Assembly: GCA_963712115.1 (NCBI GenBank)
Contig: CAVQGX010000037.1
Location: forward strand, 96,001 to 160,000
Source: an uncultured delta proteobacterium
GTDB lineage: Bacteria; Desulfobacterota; Syntrophobacteria; BM002
Length of the DNA: 64,000 bases
Direction: 5' to 3'
The notes below the pieces were generated by a model that made no database searches, was not told the origin of the DNA, and worked only from the letters and a program-made list of their open reading frames with translations. The position numbers and the translations under genes are program-made. Below are positions 44,650 through 55,276 of this stretch, piece after piece (position 1 is the first letter of the stretch; each line of letters starts with the position of its first letter).

Positions 44650-45408
44650 ATGACAAAATTTATAATACTGGGCTTTCAAAGAAGCGGAACAAGCTGGCTT
44701 GAAACGATGCTTAACAGTCATCCTGAAATACTCTGTCTTGGAGAATTATTCTATTTTAGCAGTGGACTGGTACCTTTTTTAAACCCTCGTGGCAGAAAAA
44801 CTAATTTCAGCTATCGGAAATACGTCGAAGCATCAAAAAGTAATAGAATGAAACATTTGGTAAATAGAAAAAAAACAGTCGTTGAATGTTTAGACAACGT
44901 CTATTCAATTCAAGGAAATCATGCAATTGGATTCAAGTTAATGTACGATCAAGCTAAAAATTTTTCTAGTGTTGTAGATTATGTTGAAAATAAACAAGTA
45001 AAAGTTATACATCTTGTTAGAAAAAATGTTCTCAAAACACTGATATCATTATATAGTGCGAAAAATAGAAAGCTATATCACACTACAAAGCAGATTAACC
45101 CTGATAAAATATATTTGCCAACAAGGTTTTTATTTTATCGATTGAAAAAGTTAGCTAGAAAAATAAAATATTGGGACAGTAGGTTTTTTTTATCAAAAAA
45201 TTATTATAAAATATTTTATGAAGATGTGCTCAACGATACCAAGCTACATATGCATAAGATACTTAAATTTCTAGAGGTAAAAGACAATATTAGGTTGTCA
45301 TCAAGCCTGCGTAAAATTAACCCCGAGAAAATAGAGAATATTTTAATAAACTATGAAGAAGTTGAAAAGCTTCTCAAAGACTCACCCTACGAATGGTGCT
45401 TACGATAA
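44650..45408 (+). CDS. Sulfotransferase (Stf0-like)
   Basis: FIILGFQRSGTSWL..MLNSHP...GELF, GFKLMY, IHLVRKN.L...IS, YED. Confidence 0.87.
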   Translation: MTKFIILGFQRSGTSWLETMLNSHPEILCLGELFYFSSGLVPFLNPRGRKTNFSYRKYVEASKSNRMKHLVNRKKTVVECLDNVYSIQGNHAIGFKLMYDQAKNFSSVVDYVENKQVKVIHLVRKNVLKTLISLYSAKNRKLYHTTKQINPDKIYLPTRFLFYRLKKLARKIKYWDSRFFLSKNYYKIFYEDVLNDTKLHMHKILKFLEVKDNIRLSSSLRKINPEKIENILINYEEVEKLLKDSPYEWCLR

Positions 45409-45429
45409 GAAATATAGCCAGGAAAGAGC

Positions 45430-46308
45430 ATGCTGCCTAACTTTTTCGTTGTGGGTACCCAGAAATCTGCCACAACATCTTTACACTTTTATTTGGCAGA
45501 GCACCCTGAAATTTTTCTACCGAAAGAGAAGGAAAGCAAATTTTTCGTTAATGACGAACGGTATATTTTAGGAATAAAATACTATGAGAATAAGTACTTT
45601 TGTGATTGGAAGGGTCAAAAAATTGTCGGTGAAGTAGATCCGGATTATATGTATTTTGAAGTAGCGGTTGAAAGGATATTAAAGCATTTTGACATGAAAA
45701 AACTGAAGTTTATTTTCATATTTAGAAATCCAGTCGACCGGGCTTTCTCACATTACCTCATGACAGTTAGGCGAGGGATTGAACGGCTGTCATTTGAAAA
45801 GGCAATTGAGTGTGAAAAACAAAGGATACAACGCGATTACAGAAGCAAAATGCACTTTAGTTATACTGATAGAGGATTTTATTATGATCAAGTTATGAGA
45901 TTTTTGCGCTACGTGGATAAATCACAGATCCTGTTTTTGCTTTATGAGGACTTAGTTGAGTCACCGATTGATTCGCTCGAAAGGGTGTTTAAATTTTTGA
46001 ACATTTCAGAGGAGTTTGCTCCACCAAATCTCAATACTAAATTCAATCCATCTCGAGTGCCTAGAAATGTTGTTCTACACAATAGGCTCACAGGAAATGG
46101 TATTGAAAAAAGGTTTATTCGGCTTCTACTCCCATGGGAAAAGTTTAGACATAATCTTCTTGAGAAATTAATGAATTTCAATTTATCTTCTAAACACAAT
46201 TCTTACTTATCTGAAAAGCAAAAAAAAGAGTTGTCTCTGAGGTTCAAGGATTCCAACGAGGCACTCTCGAAGCTTATAAACCGTGATCTGGATTATTGGA
46301 TGTTGTGA
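45430..46308 (+). CDS. Sulfotransferase (heparan-sulfate NST/OST-like)
   Basis: LPNFFVVGTQKSATTSL...HPEI...KE.KFF, GEVDPDY, FRNPVDRAFSHY, G.YY.Q. Confidence 0.9.
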   Translation: MLPNFFVVGTQKSATTSLHFYLAEHPEIFLPKEKESKFFVNDERYILGIKYYENKYFCDWKGQKIVGEVDPDYMYFEVAVERILKHFDMKKLKFIFIFRNPVDRAFSHYLMTVRRGIERLSFEKAIECEKQRIQRDYRSKMHFSYTDRGFYYDQVMRFLRYVDKSQILFLLYEDLVESPIDSLERVFKFLNISEEFAPPNLNTKFNPSRVPRNVVLHNRLTGNGIEKRFIRLLLPWEKFRHNLLEKLMNFNLSSKHNSYLSEKQKKELSLRFKDSNEALSKLINRDLDYWML

Positions 46309-46443
46309 TATGGTAATTACCTTTTGCAGAGTGTGGGGCTTATTCTGATTCAGAACGAGGTTATCATAGGATGTTGAATACTTTGAACCTCTCAGGAGAT
46401 GATTTTTTCGGCGAGAATTTTTCAAAAATTAAAGGGACTTTTT

Positions 46444-47583
46444 ATGAAGATTGCATTTTTAACTTTTGCAGATCCGGAAAATCGTAGGGTATGGTCTGGG
46501 ATACCTTACTATATGAAAAATGCGTTGCAAGCACACTGTGGGGAGGTATTTTACATTGGACCGGTGACATCCTATATAGATATTTTTGGAAAAATTTGCA
46601 ACCGAATTTCATCAGGACTTTTAAAAAAGAAATATGATTATAAAAGAAGTATCATCGCAGCAAAGAGATATGGATCGATTATTGAAAAAAGGATAAAAGG
46701 AAGATCTTTCGATGTTATTTTTGTTGCAGCGGGCGCCCCACTAATTGCTTATCTAAATACAAGTGTACCGATTGTTCTGTCTGTGGATACGACTTTCTCA
46801 AACATGGTCGATTACTATCCTGAGTACAGTAGGCTTACTCGGGTGTCAATAGCTGAGGGTCACAGAATTGCAAAATTAGCTATAAAGCGAGCAACTCTGC
46901 TTATTTATTCATCCTCTTATGCGGGAGAATCTGCTATTAATTATTATGGGGCTCCGCCGGAAAGAGTACACGTAATTCCATTTGGAGCTAATATTGAAGA
47001 GGGAGATATACCTACTAAAGAGAGTATATACAAGAAATGCAAAGGAAATGAATGTCGGCTTCTTTTCCTTGGAGTAGATTGGAAAAGAAAAGGTGGAGAC
47101 ATTGCATTTGACTCAATGGTGGAACTTGAACGAGCTGGTATTAAGACATCATTGACTGTGTGTGGATGTCAACCTCCTGCTTCTTATTCTCATTCAAAAA
47201 TGAAAGTCATCCCATTTTTGGATAAAAATAATTCCGATGACCGCGCAAAATTAATTGATTTATTCTTGAACGCTGATTTCCTCCTTTTGCCAACCCGCAG
47301 CGAGGCATATGGGATTGTGTTTTGCGAGGCTAACGCATTCGGTTTGCCTGTGATTGCCACCGATACTGGTGGAGTTTCAGAGATTGTTAAAAATGGGTAC
47401 AATGGTTTTCTTTTAAGTCGTAATGCTGAGGCAAATGATTATGCAAGGACTATCATGCAAATATGGAATGATGAATTAAAATATTTTGAATTAGTGCAAA
47501 ATAGTAGAAAATCATACGACCAGCGGCTCAATTGGGATGCCTGGGGAAAAGCGGTAAAAAAGGCCATAGCTACAATTTTATAG
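46444..47583 (+). CDS. Glycosyltransferase GT4
   Basis: WSGIPYY, VIPFGAN, LGVDWKRKGG, PTRSEAYGIVFCEANAFGLPVIATDTGG. Confidence 0.9.
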   Translation: MKIAFLTFADPENRRVWSGIPYYMKNALQAHCGEVFYIGPVTSYIDIFGKICNRISSGLLKKKYDYKRSIIAAKRYGSIIEKRIKGRSFDVIFVAAGAPLIAYLNTSVPIVLSVDTTFSNMVDYYPEYSRLTRVSIAEGHRIAKLAIKRATLLIYSSSYAGESAINYYGAPPERVHVIPFGANIEEGDIPTKESIYKKCKGNECRLLFLGVDWKRKGGDIAFDSMVELERAGIKTSLTVCGCQPPASYSHSKMKVIPFLDKNNSDDRAKLIDLFLNADFLLLPTRSEAYGIVFCEANAFGLPVIATDTGGVSEIVKNGYNGFLLSRNAEANDYARTIMQIWNDELKYFELVQNSRKSYDQRLNWDAWGKAVKKAIATIL

Positions 47584-47756
47584 GGGATAAATCATACGAT
47601 TATATCTTTCCATATAAACTAACATGTTTTATAGCCAAATCAAAATTGTTAAGATTCTCACGTCGAGCAAACTTTTCCATAAATATTCATAAATTTTATG
47701 ATTATGATTGGTTTCAAGATTGGCTGTAAAACTTGGTGCAAATTAGAATCGAGCTA

Positions 47757-49025
47757 ATGTTTAAAATTGTCTATTTAGTTTCCATTTACATTTGTGGAGA
47801 AAAGTTATTCTATCTTTTCGAATGGATTCATATACCAGGGGTTTTCAATATTTTAGATTTAGGGAATCTTCTGATTCTGTGCGGTTTGATCTTTTTGACT
47901 TTCAAATCAAAGGATTTGTACGTATTGCATAATATTTTTTCAGTGTACATTATTATAGTGTTGTTTTTAATCCTTTTGCAGGCACCTTTGGCCTCGATGT
48001 ATTATAATGAGTCTATAAAAAGTGGTGTTTTTGCTATTCGGCACATGTTCTACTATTCGTCATTTTTTGTTTTTGTTTTGCTTTTGAGATCCAGTGCTGA
48101 GGTATCTAAGCTGCTGAACTTGTTGTCTATTATTTCTTTGATGGTGATAATTGTCGCAATTGTTAACTATTTTGGTCCTACTATTTTTTACCACCAGTGG
48201 GCAGATGGGCATTACTCAAGGGCGGGGGTCAAGAGAGCGTTCATTCCCGGTATGGATCTAATTAGTTTATCAGTGTTATGGCAGTTTAGTAAATGGCTTG
48301 TAGGAGGTTCTTTCGATAGGTTCAGGTCGAAGTTGTCTTGCTGTGGTTTTTTGTTTTTTCTTGCTGCTCACTTTTTTCGACAAACTCGGAGTCGTATTAT
48401 TGCTGTGTCTTTAGTGATTTTTTCGTATCTTGCATCAAGTAAAAGATTTGGCCTGTTGGTAGCTTTGTCTCTTATTGTGAGCTTTGGTATCGCCGTTAAT
48501 GAAATGCGAGGTGGCGAAAGTGTCGTGTTGGACGCTTACACAAGCAGTTATGAGAGTGTTGCTGAGGGCGAGGGAACTTGGCTATCGCGAGTTGAGATGA
48601 TGAGGAGGGATATGGAGTTTTTTCTTAAGCATCCGATTGCAGGTAGTGGTGCTAGTGCCATAAGGTTAAGACCAGCACTTGAGAAGTCAAGAGAAGGAAG
48701 AATTTTGATCGATCTTTCTAAAATGGATGACTTAGGATACACTCGCTGGATCAAGTCGTTCGGTATCGTTGGTATGATTTGGTTCGGCTGTTTTTTTTAC
48801 GCTTTAATTGTTAGAGGATTGAAAGTACTTTCGAGTGTTGATGATGATCGCAGGGTATTTGCGGTTTTCTGTCTCTGCTATATCGGCTATGTATTGATCT
48901 CTTTCGTTACCTTGAATCATTTGACCTTTCCCAACAGAATTGTACCTCTTTGTTTAGTTACTGCGATTCTAGTTAGATTATCAAATCCGAAATATTTTTC
49001 AACACTTGAGGAAGAGTCTGCCTGA
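47757..49025 (+). CDS. Wzy polymerase / O-antigen-ligase-like membrane protein
   Basis: About 11 TMs, QTRS, periplasmic loop R....FLKHPIAGSG...DLGY.....FGIVG. Confidence 0.75.
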   Translation: MFKIVYLVSIYICGEKLFYLFEWIHIPGVFNILDLGNLLILCGLIFLTFKSKDLYVLHNIFSVYIIIVLFLILLQAPLASMYYNESIKSGVFAIRHMFYYSSFFVFVLLLRSSAEVSKLLNLLSIISLMVIIVAIVNYFGPTIFYHQWADGHYSRAGVKRAFIPGMDLISLSVLWQFSKWLVGGSFDRFRSKLSCCGFLFFLAAHFFRQTRSRIIAVSLVIFSYLASSKRFGLLVALSLIVSFGIAVNEMRGGESVVLDAYTSSYESVAEGEGTWLSRVEMMRRDMEFFLKHPIAGSGASAIRLRPALEKSREGRILIDLSKMDDLGYTRWIKSFGIVGMIWFGCFFYALIVRGLKVLSSVDDDRRVFAVFCLCYIGYVLISFVTLNHLTFPNRIVPLCLVTAILVRLSNPKYFSTLEEESA

Positions 49026-49069
49026 TATTTTAAGTTTTTTAATCTCGCATTATTTGTAAATTTGCCAAA

Positions 49070-49990
49070 ATGGACATTTCAATCATTATAGTAAATTGGA
49101 ACACAAGAGATCTTTTAGAGTCATGTCTTCTATCTTTAAAAAATCATCTACCCGAGACTGTACACTACGAAGTGATTGTCGTCGATAATGGTTCATCAGA
49201 TGGAAGTGCCGTGCTTGTCAAAAGACACTTTCCGAATGTTTTCCTAATCGAAAGTGAGGATAATCTGGGTTTTGTTCGAGCAAACAATCTAGCGGTTGCA
49301 CAGGCCAGTGGTAGATATATTCTTTTACTCAATAGCGATACTGAGCTTCTGGATGCTGGAATCGTTGACATTATTCGTTATTTGGATCGTCACCCCAAGG
49401 TTGGCGTGTTAACTGGGAGGGTTCTGTATCCTGACGGATCGTTCCAGAGACCTTTTCGTCGTTTTCCGCATTGGCTTGGCTCTATTTTCAGGAACACTAT
49501 TCAGCTTGTTGTCAAAATCAAGCCATCTTTTGAGAGGAAATTTCGTCTTGAGCACCTGGACCAAATGGAGGAGCATGAAGTTGACTGGGTATCTGGTGCC
49601 TATTTATTTATCCGAAGCGAATTACTAGATGGTGGGAAAATATTTGACGAGGATTTGTACATGTGGCACGAGGACACTTTGTTATGTTATAGGGTTCGCC
49701 AATTGGGTTACCGTGTCATGTATGTTCCATACGGGCCAATTATTCACCATGCTGGAATGAGCCGGCGAGAGATCCCTGTAGAAGCAAGCTACAATAGCTA
49801 CAAATCTAGTGTAATTTATTTTGAAAAAGTGCAGGGTTACTCAGTAGCTAGATTTTATTCCACGATGGTAAGAATTATCTGGTGTCTATTTGCAGGAGTT
49901 TTTGGAGTTGCTCAGATTATTCCCTATAAAAAATTTAGAGACAAGGCTAACCTTTTCAGGAACCTCGTGAGTATGGGATCTGCACTTTGA
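49070..49990 (+). CDS. Glycosyltransferase GT2 (rhamnosyltransferase-like)
   Basis: ISIIIVNWN, VVDNGSSDGS, NLGFVRANN, LLLNSD, VDWVSGA, HED. Confidence 0.9.
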   Translation: MDISIIIVNWNTRDLLESCLLSLKNHLPETVHYEVIVVDNGSSDGSAVLVKRHFPNVFLIESEDNLGFVRANNLAVAQASGRYILLLNSDTELLDAGIVDIIRYLDRHPKVGVLTGRVLYPDGSFQRPFRRFPHWLGSIFRNTIQLVVKIKPSFERKFRLEHLDQMEEHEVDWVSGAYLFIRSELLDGGKIFDEDLYMWHEDTLLCYRVRQLGYRVMYVPYGPIIHHAGMSRREIPVEASYNSYKSSVIYFEKVQGYSVARFYSTMVRIIWCLFAGVFGVAQIIPYKKFRDKANLFRNLVSMGSAL

Positions 49991-51099
49991 GAGTACTGCA
50001 TGTACTTTGGGACTTAGAACTGGGTGGTGCTCAAACATACTTGCATGACCTTTTAAAGCATCACACAGCATCCGGAAAGGTTTTACCTGAGGTTGTGGCC
50101 CTCGGTGAAACTGGGGAGGTTGGCAAGGCAATCGAAAAATTAGGTGTTCCAATTGAAGAATTTGGAATGAGGAATGGCCATGATCTAATTCCACTCCGGA
50201 AACTACGCAGGTATCTGGGAAAAGTTAACGTAGACATCATACATTCACATGCACACAATTTTTCTTTCAACTTGCTGCTCAAAGAAATTCCTGTTCCAAA
50301 AATATATACTGAACACGGAGGGGGACTGTTAGCTGAAAACAGGCGCAATATATTGTTTTATAAATTCTTTTGGGGTAACTATGAAAAATTCATTGCTATT
50401 TCAAATGAGATGAAAAGGGTAATGAAAAATGCAAATGCAAAAATCGCCGATCGAATTTCTGTAATATATAATGGCGTTGATCTCGAAACTATAGACAACA
50501 ACATTAGTGTTGAATTTAACTCTCTACCCGGTGGATTGCTTGATGCCAAGTTTGTTGTTGGTACCATAGCTCGCCTCGTCCCCGCTAAGGGTATAGACAC
50601 TTTTCTGAAAACGGCTGCAATCATTACTAGTAAAAGAGATGACGTTAAATTTCTTATTTTGGGTGACGGTCCCCTACGTTTTGAATTGCTGGCGGAGGCT
50701 AAGAAGTTAAATATAGAGCGGCATGTATTTTTCCTCGGCTTCAGGTCTGATGCCAGAAGGATTCTTAAATTTTTTGATGTTCTTCTATCTACTTCGAATT
50801 ATGAAGCCTTTGGTTTGGTATTGACCGAGGCCATGGCAAAGAGAGTTCCAGTGGTCGCGCTGCACTCGAAAGGAGCAGTGCCGGAAATTATCAAAAACAG
50901 TGTTGAAGGTTTTGTTGTCGATCGTAAAGATCCATCTTTGTTGGCTGATAAGGTTTTAAGGTTGCTCGATGATAAGAAACTGAGGGATTATTTCACTCGA
51001 AACGCTCGCAAGAAAGTGGAGAGATGTTTTACCATAGAGCAGAATGCAGTTAAGATTCTCAGGATTTACCAAGAATGTGCAGACACAGGCAACACCTAG
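49987..51099 (+). CDS. Glycosyltransferase GT4
   Basis: LGGAQ, YTEHG, VIYNGVD, ARLVPAKG, EAFGLVLTEAMA. Confidence 0.9.
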   Translation: MRVLHVLWDLELGGAQTYLHDLLKHHTASGKVLPEVVALGETGEVGKAIEKLGVPIEEFGMRNGHDLIPLRKLRRYLGKVNVDIIHSHAHNFSFNLLLKEIPVPKIYTEHGGGLLAENRRNILFYKFFWGNYEKFIAISNEMKRVMKNANAKIADRISVIYNGVDLETIDNNISVEFNSLPGGLLDAKFVVGTIARLVPAKGIDTFLKTAAIITSKRDDVKFLILGDGPLRFELLAEAKKLNIERHVFFLGFRSDARRILKFFDVLLSTSNYEAFGLVLTEAMAKRVPVVALHSKGAVPEIIKNSVEGFVVDRKDPSLLADKVLRLLDDKKLRDYFTRNARKKVERCFTIEQNAVKILRIYQECADTGNT

Positions 51100-51160
51100 C
51101 TCAATGTGTTCAGTATAAATGAATAGAGCTAGGCTTCTCTATTATTCTTGTAATATTATT

Positions 51161-51428
51161 TCTGGATTATGCCGCAAGGTGAGTAAAAAGGGGCTTGGAT
51201 ATCCCATAACTATTTGATATAAAGGCACTATCAAGAATATCGGAGGTTCTGGCGATGCTCGGAAATGGCGAACGGCAAAAAGAGGCGATACGACCGTATT
51301 TCAATAGGTCCATTTTCATTGATTTTGCCGGTGCAAAGATTACGTCGTATACGGGGTTCCTTCTGATGCGGGAAGTTGACGAACCACCTCTTGGAGGCGG
51401 TTGCCCCAATAATCTCGGATAATTCAGA
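51161..51428 (+). mobile_element. Internally deleted IS1380-family remnant
   Basis: ORF 51255-51422 MLGNGERQKEAIRPYFNRSIFIDFAGAKITSYTGFLLMREVDE matches the IS1380 transposase N-terminus; imperfect ends TCTGGATTATGCCG / CGGATAATTCAGA. Confidence 0.7.
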
Positions 51429-51445
51429 TAAAAGGTAACTGGATT

Positions 51446-52390
51446 ATGGCGCCAAATATAACAGGTATTGAACGCCTCGACGGGCAAATTGGGACATCAC
51501 CCAGTCATATCTTTATCGTAGGATCACCCAGGTCAGGCACGACTTTACTTCGATTTATTTTGAATTGCTCGGATGAAGTTGCTATTTGTGGCGAAACCCA
51601 CTTCTTGGGGACTCCAGGTGGCCAACGTCACACTTTTCGAAAAAGGTTCGCCAGGGTGGGTGACATAAAGACAGATACGGGAGCCAAGAGAGTCGTTGAT
51701 TATATTTATAAACTTCGTGTAAAAATCTTTTGGCTCTGGATCCAGCGAAACGTTGCTCGATCGGATTTTCTGTCAGAATTACTGAAGTCTGACCGAACCG
51801 ACAGGGCGTTACTTGACCTGGTTACAGCCTTCTATGCCAGAGATAAGCCTGTCCGAGGCGAGAAAACGCCATCCCACATCTATCACGTACATACCCTGTT
51901 GGAATGGTTTCCGAGGGCGAAGATAGTTCACGTCGTTAGGGACCCACGTGCAATTTTCATGTCGAAGATAAAAAAGAAAATTCATCAAAAGGATGTTCCC
52001 CTGGTTCATCGTATCGTCAGAAAAAGTAATTTCGCTCTGAACTGTTATTATGGTCTCAGTATTCAAATAGATTGGCTTAGAATTATGCAATTACATCAAA
52101 AATACCAGCGCTTTTATCCAAACAATTATTGTCTTGTGCGCTATGAGGATCTGATTACGGATCCTCTGAACCAGTTGAAACAACTGTGCGACTTCCTGAA
52201 TATACAGATGACAGAGAAAATGCTCGAGCCACAATTTGACAATTCTAGCTTTCGATTCAATCAAGATCAAACCAGAGGATTCAATACCGATGCTGTTGAT
52301 CGCTGGCGCCAGCAAGTGTCTCCATTTGTCAGAAAGTGGTTTACTTTGTGGTGCAGACAGCACTTCCTGGAACTTGGTTACCCGTTATAG
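51446..52390 (+). CDS. Sulfotransferase (Sulfotransfer_3-like)
   Basis: IFIVGSPRSGTTLL, GETHF, GEKTP, VRDPRA, VRYEDL, RWR. Confidence 0.9.
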   Translation: MAPNITGIERLDGQIGTSPSHIFIVGSPRSGTTLLRFILNCSDEVAICGETHFLGTPGGQRHTFRKRFARVGDIKTDTGAKRVVDYIYKLRVKIFWLWIQRNVARSDFLSELLKSDRTDRALLDLVTAFYARDKPVRGEKTPSHIYHVHTLLEWFPRAKIVHVVRDPRAIFMSKIKKKIHQKDVPLVHRIVRKSNFALNCYYGLSIQIDWLRIMQLHQKYQRFYPNNYCLVRYEDLITDPLNQLKQLCDFLNIQMTEKMLEPQFDNSSFRFNQDQTRGFNTDAVDRWRQQVSPFVRKWFTLWCRQHFLELGYPL

Positions 52391-52755
52391 TTAGAGTGGT
52401 CTGATTTGAGCCTGATGAATGTACCACTTTGAAAGTTAGAATTTGCTAGTTTTGCCCTTGGTAGTACAATTCTTTGAGCTTTTCCGCGACTAATCGTTAT
52501 GATTGAGTATTCTAGTGGACAATACTATATCACATAATTTCATTCATTTTATGACAAAAAAGGGTTACGTCAACTAGTACATAATCAGGTAAATTCTTTA
52601 TTGAAGGAGGCTTTATATAGTCATTAATAAACATGCTCGTTAATGCTATTTTATTTACTGTTTTTTCTAATGGAAATTTCTGCAATCTCAATACTTCTGC
52701 CCCTTTCCTTCGAGTCTAAATATATCGTTTATCGATATCTTATATATATTTTGAA

Positions 52756-53943
52756 ATGAGCAAGAAAGTCACTTTTGTATATCCTTTTGATCCTACCGGA
52801 ACTAAGGTGGGTGGTGTGGAAACCTTTATAAAAGGGTTTATCAAGCATGCACCTCCAAACCTGGAACTCGAGCACATTGGTATAACTTCTTCTCCTTCTG
52901 AGAGACCTGTAAATGTGTGGCAATGGAATCACATTGATGATATGAAGTTCAGGTTTTATCCAATACTTTGTGAAGAGAAAGAAAACAGAAAACACATTAT
53001 TCCCTTATCGCTGCGATTTACGGCAAAATTGACTAAATTGCCTATGGAGCTATCGGACAGAATTATCGTTTTCAACAGACTCGAACCTTGTCTTGCTTTC
53101 ATGTCCTCAAAGCATAGGAAAATTGGCTTAGTGCACAATGATGTAAAAAAACAGTTGATGAAAGGGAGCGACAGTTACTGGAAATACTTACCCTGGGTAT
53201 ACTCTATTGCCGAAAAGAGGATCCTGAGTTCATTGGATTATATTTACACAGTGAACATGCAGACATTCGATTTTTATAAACGGAAATATCCAAAGATTTC
53301 TTACAAAGTCAAATTCCTGCCCACTTGGGTTGATCAAGAGATCTTTTACGCGACTGATGAACCTAAGAATCATATCCGCCAAGAACTTGCTGCCAGGTCT
53401 CAAATCCCCCTGGCGCACACGTGGATCCTTTTTGTCGGTAGGTTGCAAGAACAAAAGGCACCCATAAGGCTTATAGAAACATTCCAGGAATATAAAAAAA
53501 TTGATCCCAAATCTTGTTTGTTGATTGTAGGCGAAGGCAACTTAATGGAAGAAGTGGCTAAAAAAGCTAAAGACTTGGGCGTTTATCCTTACATTCACTT
53601 CCTAGGATATAGAAGTCAAAGAGAACTTGTCAGGTTTTATCAAGCTGCCGACGTCCTGGTGCTTACGAGCAATTATGAGGGCATGCCTCGCTCTTGCATG
53701 GAAGCACTTGGCTGTGGTCTACCCGTTGTCTCAACGGACGTGGGAGAAGTGCGGCGAGTTGTTCGAAATGGCTTTTCAGGAGAAATTGTAGAGGGTTTCT
53801 CTCCGGTTTCAATAGCTCGCCAGATAGACCGGGTGGTAAGAAGTCCTATGCAATATACAAGTGAAAATTGTTTGGCTGCGGTTAGTGATTATACTCCGGA
53901 GAATGTGCTTGGCCAAGTCTACGAACTAATCACGAGTCTTTAA
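52756..53943 (+). CDS. Glycosyltransferase GT4
   Basis: GGVETFI, LFVGRL..QK, YEGMP...MEALGCGLPVVSTDVG. Confidence 0.9.
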   Translation: MSKKVTFVYPFDPTGTKVGGVETFIKGFIKHAPPNLELEHIGITSSPSERPVNVWQWNHIDDMKFRFYPILCEEKENRKHIIPLSLRFTAKLTKLPMELSDRIIVFNRLEPCLAFMSSKHRKIGLVHNDVKKQLMKGSDSYWKYLPWVYSIAEKRILSSLDYIYTVNMQTFDFYKRKYPKISYKVKFLPTWVDQEIFYATDEPKNHIRQELAARSQIPLAHTWILFVGRLQEQKAPIRLIETFQEYKKIDPKSCLLIVGEGNLMEEVAKKAKDLGVYPYIHFLGYRSQRELVRFYQAADVLVLTSNYEGMPRSCMEALGCGLPVVSTDVGEVRRVVRNGFSGEIVEGFSPVSIARQIDRVVRSPMQYTSENCLAAVSDYTPENVLGQVYELITSL

Positions 53944-54076
53944 ATCCGGTTCGGAAGGATCTTCTACTCATGGTATGATAGGCCCCTAATGATAAGCAGT
54001 TTAAGACAATATTATATCGAGAATAGAGAAATCCCTAAATTAAAATTTAGAAAATTAACTGGAGAATATACTGCTC

Positions 54077-54535
54077 GTGGCCATTCATCCTAGACGCATT
54101 CTAGCTATTGCTTCTGGGGGTGGGCATTGGGTCGAATTGCGGCGCCTCTTGCCTGCTTTTGAAGGGCATAAAATAATTTTTGCTACTGTAGATAGCTTTT
54201 ATCGACATGAAGTCGGCTGCCAGAAATTGTATGTTGTAGAAGACGCAACTCGCTGGAACAAGATCAAATTAGTGAAACTCGCACTGCAGGTGATAGTATT
54301 ACTTTTACGCGAGCGACCCGAGATTATTGTTTCAACCGGAGCGGCGCCTGGATATTTTGCCTTGCGTTTAGGAAAGTTCCTTGGAGCTAGGACCATTTGG
54401 GTTGATAGCATAGCCAATGTCGGGGAACTCTCGCTGTCAGGAAGACTTGTTGGTAAATATGCAGACCTTTGGCTCACGCAGTGGCCACATTTAGCACATC
54501 CGGGGGGGCCTGAATATAAAGGTTCCGTCTTATGA
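54077..54535 (+). CDS. Alg14/PssD/CpsF-like glycosyltransferase subunit
   Basis: ASGGGHW, VSTGAAPG, IWVDSIAN, LTQW. Confidence 0.9.
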   Translation: MAIHPRRILAIASGGGHWVELRRLLPAFEGHKIIFATVDSFYRHEVGCQKLYVVEDATRWNKIKLVKLALQVIVLLLRERPEIIVSTGAAPGYFALRLGKFLGARTIWVDSIANVGELSLSGRLVGKYADLWLTQWPHLAHPGGPEYKGSVL

Positions 54536-55008
54536 TTTTTGTAACAGTGGGCAGCCAAACGCCATTCGACAGGCTGATAAAACAAGTCGATTATTGGGCT
54601 AATAGGTGCGGTCGTAAAGACATTCTCGCACAAATTGGTTCAGGTGAATGGCTCCCCGGATATATCAATTGGATCCGATTCCTCGACCCTGAAGAGTATC
54701 GAGATAAGCTGACCCAAGCGGATATTGTCATAGCACACGCCGGCACTGGGATAATCCTTAACGCCCTTGAGTTAGGTAAACCGTTACTGGTATTTCCTCG
54801 AAGCGCTTCACTGGGGGAGACTCGTAACGATCACCAAGTGGCAACGGCGAAGAAATTCGTTACTTTAGGATTGCTAGATGTAGCTTTTGATGAGCACGAA
54901 TTAAACCAGAAGCTAGAACAAATCGAACAAGTTAGACCTGCTAGGCAAATCGGGTCCCACGCATCAGGAAAGTTGTTGAGTGCGATAGAGCGCTTTATTA
55001 ATGGGTAA
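54532..55008 (+). CDS. Alg13/PssE/CpsG-like glycosyltransferase subunit (GT28 C-terminal)
   Basis: MIFVTVGSQ.PFDRL, AHAGTG, PR....GE.RNDHQ. Confidence 0.9.
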   Translation: MIFVTVGSQTPFDRLIKQVDYWANRCGRKDILAQIGSGEWLPGYINWIRFLDPEEYRDKLTQADIVIAHAGTGIILNALELGKPLLVFPRSASLGETRNDHQVATAKKFVTLGLLDVAFDEHELNQKLEQIEQVRPARQIGSHASGKLLSAIERFING

Positions 55009-55276
55009 GTTCGACATGCTGATGGTCACAAACAACATTTCATTCTTACATGGTAATGCCTAAGCTGTTTGCACCTAATTCAATCCGTAGTATCGTAATA
55101 AATGAATTTAAATGAAAAGATTTTGAAGAATGGCCTTTCTCAATGGCCATCTAATTCTGCATCAAAATTATTTGAGTAGAGTCGGTAAGTATCTGCAAAA
55201 GTCAGAAAGTAATGTACTTGGTCAGTTCTTTTTTTTCGGGTTTTATACTCAAAGAAGAAATAGTAATTCTCTATTA

